From Mobula hypostoma (lineage: Eukaryota): a stretch of 64,000 bases of DNA. Location: the NCBI RefSeq assembly GCF_963921235.1, contig NC_086097.1, positions 100,566,001 through 100,630,000 of the forward strand, in the 5' to 3' direction. Under the pieces are notes generated by a model. It did no database searches and was not told the DNA's origin. It worked only from the letters and a program-made list of their open reading frames with translations. This document shows positions 58,501-64,000 of the stretch, in pieces (positions within the stretch are counted from its first letter, which is position 1; every line of letters starts with the position of its first letter). Both the position numbers and the translations under genes were made by a program.

Positions 58501-61500
58501 GACACCCTTTCTCCCATTCCACAGTGAGATTACTGTTCAATCACACCGACACCCTTTCTCCCATTCCACAGTGAGATTACTGTTCAATCACACCGACACC
58601 CTTTCTCCCATTCCACAGTGAGATTACTGTTCAATCACACCGACACCCTTTCTCCCATTCCACAGTGAGATTACTGTTCAATCACACCGACACCCTTTCT
58701 CCCATTCCACAGTGAGATTACTGTTCAATCACACCAACACCCTTTCTCCCATTCCACAGTGAGATTACTGTTCAATCACACCGACACCCTTTCTCCCATT
58801 CCACAGTGAGATTACTGTTCAATCACACCGACACCCTTTCTCCCATTCCACAGTGAGATTACTGTTCAATCACACCGACACCCTTTCTCCCATTCCACAG
58901 TGAGATTACTGTTCAATCACACCGACACCCTTTCTCCCATTCCACAGTGAGATTACTGTTCAATCACACCGACACCCTTTCTCCCATTCCACAGTGAGAT
59001 TACTGTTCAATCACACCGACACCCTTTCTCCCATTCCACAGTGAGATTACTGTTCAATCACACCGACACCCTTTCTCCCATTCCACAGTGAGATTACTGT
59101 TCAATCACACCGACACCCTTTCTCCCATTCCACAGTGAGATTACTGTTCAATCACACCGACACCCTTTCTCCCATTCCACAGTGAGATTACTGTTCAATC
59201 ACACCGACACCCTTTCTCCCATTCCACAGTGAGATTACTGTTCAATCACACCGACACCCTTTCTCCCATTCCACAGTGAGATTACTGTTCAATCACACCG
59301 ACACCCTTTCTCCCATTCCACAGTGAGATTACTGTTCAATCACACCAACACCCTTTCTCCCATTCCACAGTGAGATTACTGTTCAATCACACCGACACCC
59401 TTTCTCCCATTCCACAGTGAGATTACTGTTCAATCACACCGACACCCTTTCTCCCATTCCACAGTGAGATTACTGTTCAATCACACCGACACCCTTTCTC
59501 CCATTCCACAGTGAGATTACTGTTCAATCACACCGACACCCTTTCTCCCATTCCACAGTGAGATTACTGTTCAATCACACCGACACCCTTTCTCCCATTC
59601 CACAGTGAGATTACTGTTCAATCACACCGACACCCTTTCTCCCATTCCACAGTGAGATTACTGTTCAATCACACCGACACCCTTTCTCCCATTCCACAGT
59701 GAGATTACTGTTCAATCACACCGACACCCTTTCTCCCATTCCACAGTGAGATTACTGTTCAATCACACCGACACCCTTTCTCCCATTCCACAGTGAGATT
59801 ACTGTTCAATCACACCGACACCCTTTCTCCCATTCCACAGTGAGATTACTGTTCAATCACACCGACACCCTTTCTCCCATTCCACAGTGAGATTACTGTT
59901 CAATCACACCGACACCCTTTCTCCCATTCCACAGTGAGATTACTGTTCAATCACACCGACACCCTTTCTCCCATTCCACAGTGAGATTACTGTTCAATCA
60001 CACCGACACCCTTTCTCCCATTCCACAGTGAGATTACTGTTCAATCACACCGACACCCTTTCTCCCATTCCACAGTGAGATTACTGTTCAATCACACCGA
60101 CACCCTTTCTCCCATTCCACAGTGAGATTACTGTTCAATCACACCGACACCCTTTCTCCCATTCCACAGTGAGATTACTGTTCAATCACACCGACACCCT
60201 TTCTCCCATTCCACAGTGAGATTACTGTTCAATCACACCAACACCCTTTCTCCCATTCCACAGTGAGATTACTGTTCAATCACACCGACACCCTTTCTCC
60301 CATTCCACAGTGAGATTACTGTTCAATCACACCGACACCCTTTCTCCCATTCCACAGTGAGATTACTGTTCAATCACACCGACACCCTTTCTCCCATTCC
60401 ACAGTGAGATTACTGTTCAATCACACCGACACCCTTTCTCCCATTCCACAGTGAGATTACTGTTCAATCACACCGACACCCTTTCTCCCATTCCACAGTG
60501 AGATTACTGTTCAATCACACCGACACCCTTTCTCCCATTCCACAGTGAGATTACTGTTCAATCACACCGACACCCTTTCTCCCATTCCACAGTGAGATTA
60601 CTGTTCAATCACACCGACACCCTTTCTCCCATTCCACAGTGAGATTACTGTTCAATCACACCAACACCCTTTCTCCCATTCCACAGTGAGATTACTGTTC
60701 AATCACACCGACACCCTTTCTCCCATTCCACAGTGAGATTACTGTTCAATCACACCGACACCCTTTCTCCCATTCCACAGTGAGATTACTGTTCAATCAC
60801 ACCGACACCCTTTCTCCCATTCCACAGTGAGATTACTGTTCAATCACACCGACACCCTTTCTCCCATTCCACAGTGAGATTACTGTTCAATCACACCGAC
60901 ACCCTTTCTCCCATTCCACAGTGAGATTACTGTTCAATCACACCGACACCCTTTCTCCCATTCCACAGTGAGATTACTGTTCAATCACACCGACACCCTT
61001 TCTCCCATTCCACAGTGAGATTACTGTTCAATCACACCGACACCCTTTCTCCCATTCCACAGTGAGATTACTGTTCAATCACACCGACACCCTTTCTCCC
61101 ATTCCACAGTGAGATTACTGTTCAATCACACCGACACCCTTTCTCCCATTCCACAGTGAGATTACTGTTCAATCACACCGACACCCTTTCTCCCATTCCA
61201 CAGTGAGATTACTGTTCAATCACACCGACACCCTTTCTCCCATTCCACAGTGAGATTACTGTTCAATCACACCGACACCCTTTCTCCCATTCCACAGTGA
61301 GATTACTGTTCAATCACACCGACACCCTTTCTCCCATTCCACAGTGAGATTACTGTTCAATCACACCGACACCCTTTCTCCCATTCCACAGTGAGATTAC
61401 TGTTCAATCACACCGACACCCTTTCTCCCATTCCACAGTGAGATTACTGTTCAATCACACCGACACCCTTTCTCCCATTCCACAGTGAGATTACTGTTCA

Positions 61501-64000
61501 ATCACACCAACACCCTTTCTCCCATTCCACAGTGAGATTACTGTTCAATCACACGACACCCTTTCTCCCATTCCACAGTGAGATTACTGTTCAATCACAC
61601 CGACACCCTTTCTCCCATTCCACAGTGAGATTACTGTTCAATCACACCGACACCCTTTCTCCCATTCCACAGTGAGATTACTGTTCAATCACACCGACAC
61701 CCTTTCTCCCATTCCACAGTGAGATTACTGTTCAATCACACCGACACCCTTTCTCCCATTCCACAGTGAGATTACTGTTCAATCACACCGACACCCTTTC
61801 TCCCATTCCACAGTGAGATTACTGTTCAATCACACCGACACCCTTTCTCCCATTCCACAGTGAGATTACTGTTCAATCACACCGACACCCTTTCTCCCAT
61901 TCCACAGTGAGATTACTGTTCAATCACACCGACACCCTTTCTCCCATTCCACAGTGAGATTACTGTTCAATCACACCGACACCCTTTCTCCCATTCCACA
62001 GTGAGATTACTGTTCAATCACACCGACACCCTTTCTCCCATTCCACAGTGAGATTACTGTTCAATCACACCGACACCCTTTCTCCCATTCCACAGTGAGA
62101 TTACTGTTCAATCACACCGACACCCTTTCTCCCATTCCACAGTGAGATTACTGTTCAATCACACCAACACCCTTTCTCCCATTCCACAGTGAGATTACTG
62201 TTCAATCACACCGACACCCTTTCTCCCATTCCACAGTGAGATTACTGTTCAATCACACCGACACCCTTTCTCCCATTCCACAGTGAGATTACTGTTCAAT
62301 CACACCGACACCCTTTCTCCCATTCCACAGTGAGATTACTGTTCAATCACACCGACACCCTTTCTCCCATTCCACAGTGAGATTACTGTTCAATCACACC
62401 GACACCCTTTCTCCCATTCCACAGTGAGATTACTGTTCAATCACACCGACACCCTTTCTCCCATTCCACAGTGAGATTACTGTTCAATCACACCGACACC
62501 CTTTCTCCCATTCCACAGTGAGATTACTGTTCAATCACACCGACACCCTTTCTCCCATTCCACAGTGAGATTACTGTTCAATCACACCGACACCCTTTCT
62601 CCCATTCCACAGTGAGATTACTGTTCAATCACACCGACACCCTTTCTCCCATTCCACAGTGAGATTACTGTTCAATCACACCGACACCCTTTCTCCCATT
62701 CCACAGTGAGATTACTGTTCAATCACACCGACACCCTTTCTCCCATTCCACAGTGAGATTACTGTTCAATCACACCGACACCCTTTCTCCCATTCCACAG
62801 TGAGATTACTGTTCAATCACACCGACACCCTTTCTCCCATTCCACAGTGAGATTACTGTTCAATCACACCGACACCCTTTCTCCCATTCCACAGTGAGAT
62901 TACTGTTCAATCACACCGACACCCTTTCTCCCATTCCACAGTGAGATTACTGTTCAATCACACCGACACCCTTTCTCCCATTCCACAGTGAGATTACTGT
63001 TCAATCACACCGACACCCTTTCTCCCATTCCACAGTGAGATTACTGTTCAATCACACCGACACCCTTTCTCCCATTCCACAGTGAGATTACTGTTCAATC
63101 ACACCGACACCCTTTCTCCCATTCCACAGTGAGATTACTGTTCAATCACACCGACACCCTTTCTCCCATTCCACAGTGAGATTACTGTTCAATCACACCG
63201 ACACCCTTTCTCCCATTCCACAGTGAGATTACTGTTCAATCACACCGACACCCTTTCTCCCATTCCACAGTGAGATTACTGTTCAATCACACCAACACCC
63301 TTTCTCCCATTCCACAGTGAGATTACTGTTCAATCACACCCTCCCAATCTCCCATTCCACAGTGAGATTACTGTTCAATCACACAAACACCCTTTCTCCC
63401 ATTCCACAGTGAGATTACTGTTCAATCACACCAACACCCTTTCTCCCATTCCACAGTGAGATTACTGTTCAATCACACCGACACCCTTTCTCCCATTCCA
63501 CAGTGAGATTACTGTTCAATCACACCGACACCCTTTCTCCCATTCCACAGTGAGATTACTGTTCAATCACACCGACACCCTTTCTCCCATTCCACAGTGA
63601 GATTACTGTTCAATCACACCGACACCCTTTCTCCCATTCCACAGTGAGATTACTGTTCAATCACACCGACACACTTTCTCCCATTCCACAGTGAGATTAC
63701 TGTTCAATCACACCGACACCCCTTCTCCCATTCCACAGTGAGATTACTGTTCAATCACACCGACACACTTTCTCCCATTCCACAGTGAGATTACTGTTCA
63801 ATCACACCGACACCCTTTCTCCCATTCCACAGTGAGATTACTGTTCAATCACACCGACACCCTTTCTCCCATTCCACAGTGAGATTACTGTTCAATCACA
63901 CCGACACCCTTTCTCCCATTCCACAGTGAGATTACTGTTCAATCACACCGACACCCTTTCTCCCATTCCACAGTGAGATTACTGTTCAATCATACCGACA
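52551..64000. repeat. Mildly variable distal domain dominated by ccgac>ccaac variants plus a few divergent islands
   Basis: ccaac at ~52677, 54497, 55720, 56143, 56995, 58358, 58733, 59344, 60238, 60661, 61506, 62163, 63292 and 63431. Divergent islands at ~52,990-53,270, ~55,720-55,850 and ~57,700-57,780. Confidence 0.8.

Larger units (their letters stand above)
191..64000. repeat. Giant tandem array (satellite/minisatellite) of a 47-bp unit, ~1,358 copies, single orientation, truncated by the window end
   Basis: The unit GAGATTACTGTTCAATCACACCGACACCCTTTCTCCCATTCCACAGT (5 G, 17 C, 12 A, 13 T; 47% GC) recurs continuously from 191 (agattactg...) to 64000. I saw no inversion or foreign insertion. 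Copy number is estimated as 63,810/47. Confidence 0.99.

Noticed and set aside
191..64000. CRISPR array
   Set aside because: The units are contiguous with no unique spacers; the variable part differs only by point changes, and no cas genes are present.
191..64000. Telomerase-type terminal repeat
   Set aside because: The G-rich strand runs 5'->3' toward the unique flank, which is the wrong polarity for a chromosome end to the right. The 47-bp unit with HOR-like cassettes fits recombination-driven satellite better. A left-end reading cannot be fully excluded if 1-190 is an insertion.
191..64000. Array of tRNA or small RNA genes, or Pol III units
   Set aside because: The unit is too short and has no cloverleaf. 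GTTCAATC only loosely resembles a B-box, with no A-box or T4+ terminator.
191..64000. Assignment to a named satellite family or species
   Set aside because: I do not recognise the monomer with confidence; a Dfam/Repbase/BLAST search is required.

Overview
Apart from a 190-bp AT-rich unique flank (1-190), the whole window is one head-to-tail tandem array of a 47-bp unit, consensus GAGATTACTGTTCAATCACACCGACACCCTTTCTCCCATTCCACAGT. It holds about 1,358 copies by length/47 and runs off the right end of the window. I can support no gene, RNA gene or CRISPR array; all listed ORFs are read-throughs of the repeat. The array is layered. Positions ~191-24,600 are variant-rich with recurring multi-unit variant cassettes (degenerate higher-order structure), ~24,600-52,500 is a near-perfect core with small divergent islands, and ~52,500-64,000 is mildly variable. 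The unit has several notable properties: one CpG with deamination-type variants, an 11-bp quasi-palindrome whose three mismatches are each 'repaired' by recurrent variants, a perfect V(D)J RSS heptamer (CACAGTG) followed 12 bp later by a partial nonamer, and strong C/G strand skew. The flank resembles the 3' end of a polyadenylated element (AATAAA plus A-rich tail). This is most likely eukaryotic satellite or giant minisatellite DNA (inference). The extreme homogeneity of the core could partly be an assembly artefact. All variant positions were read by eye and are not an exhaustive count.
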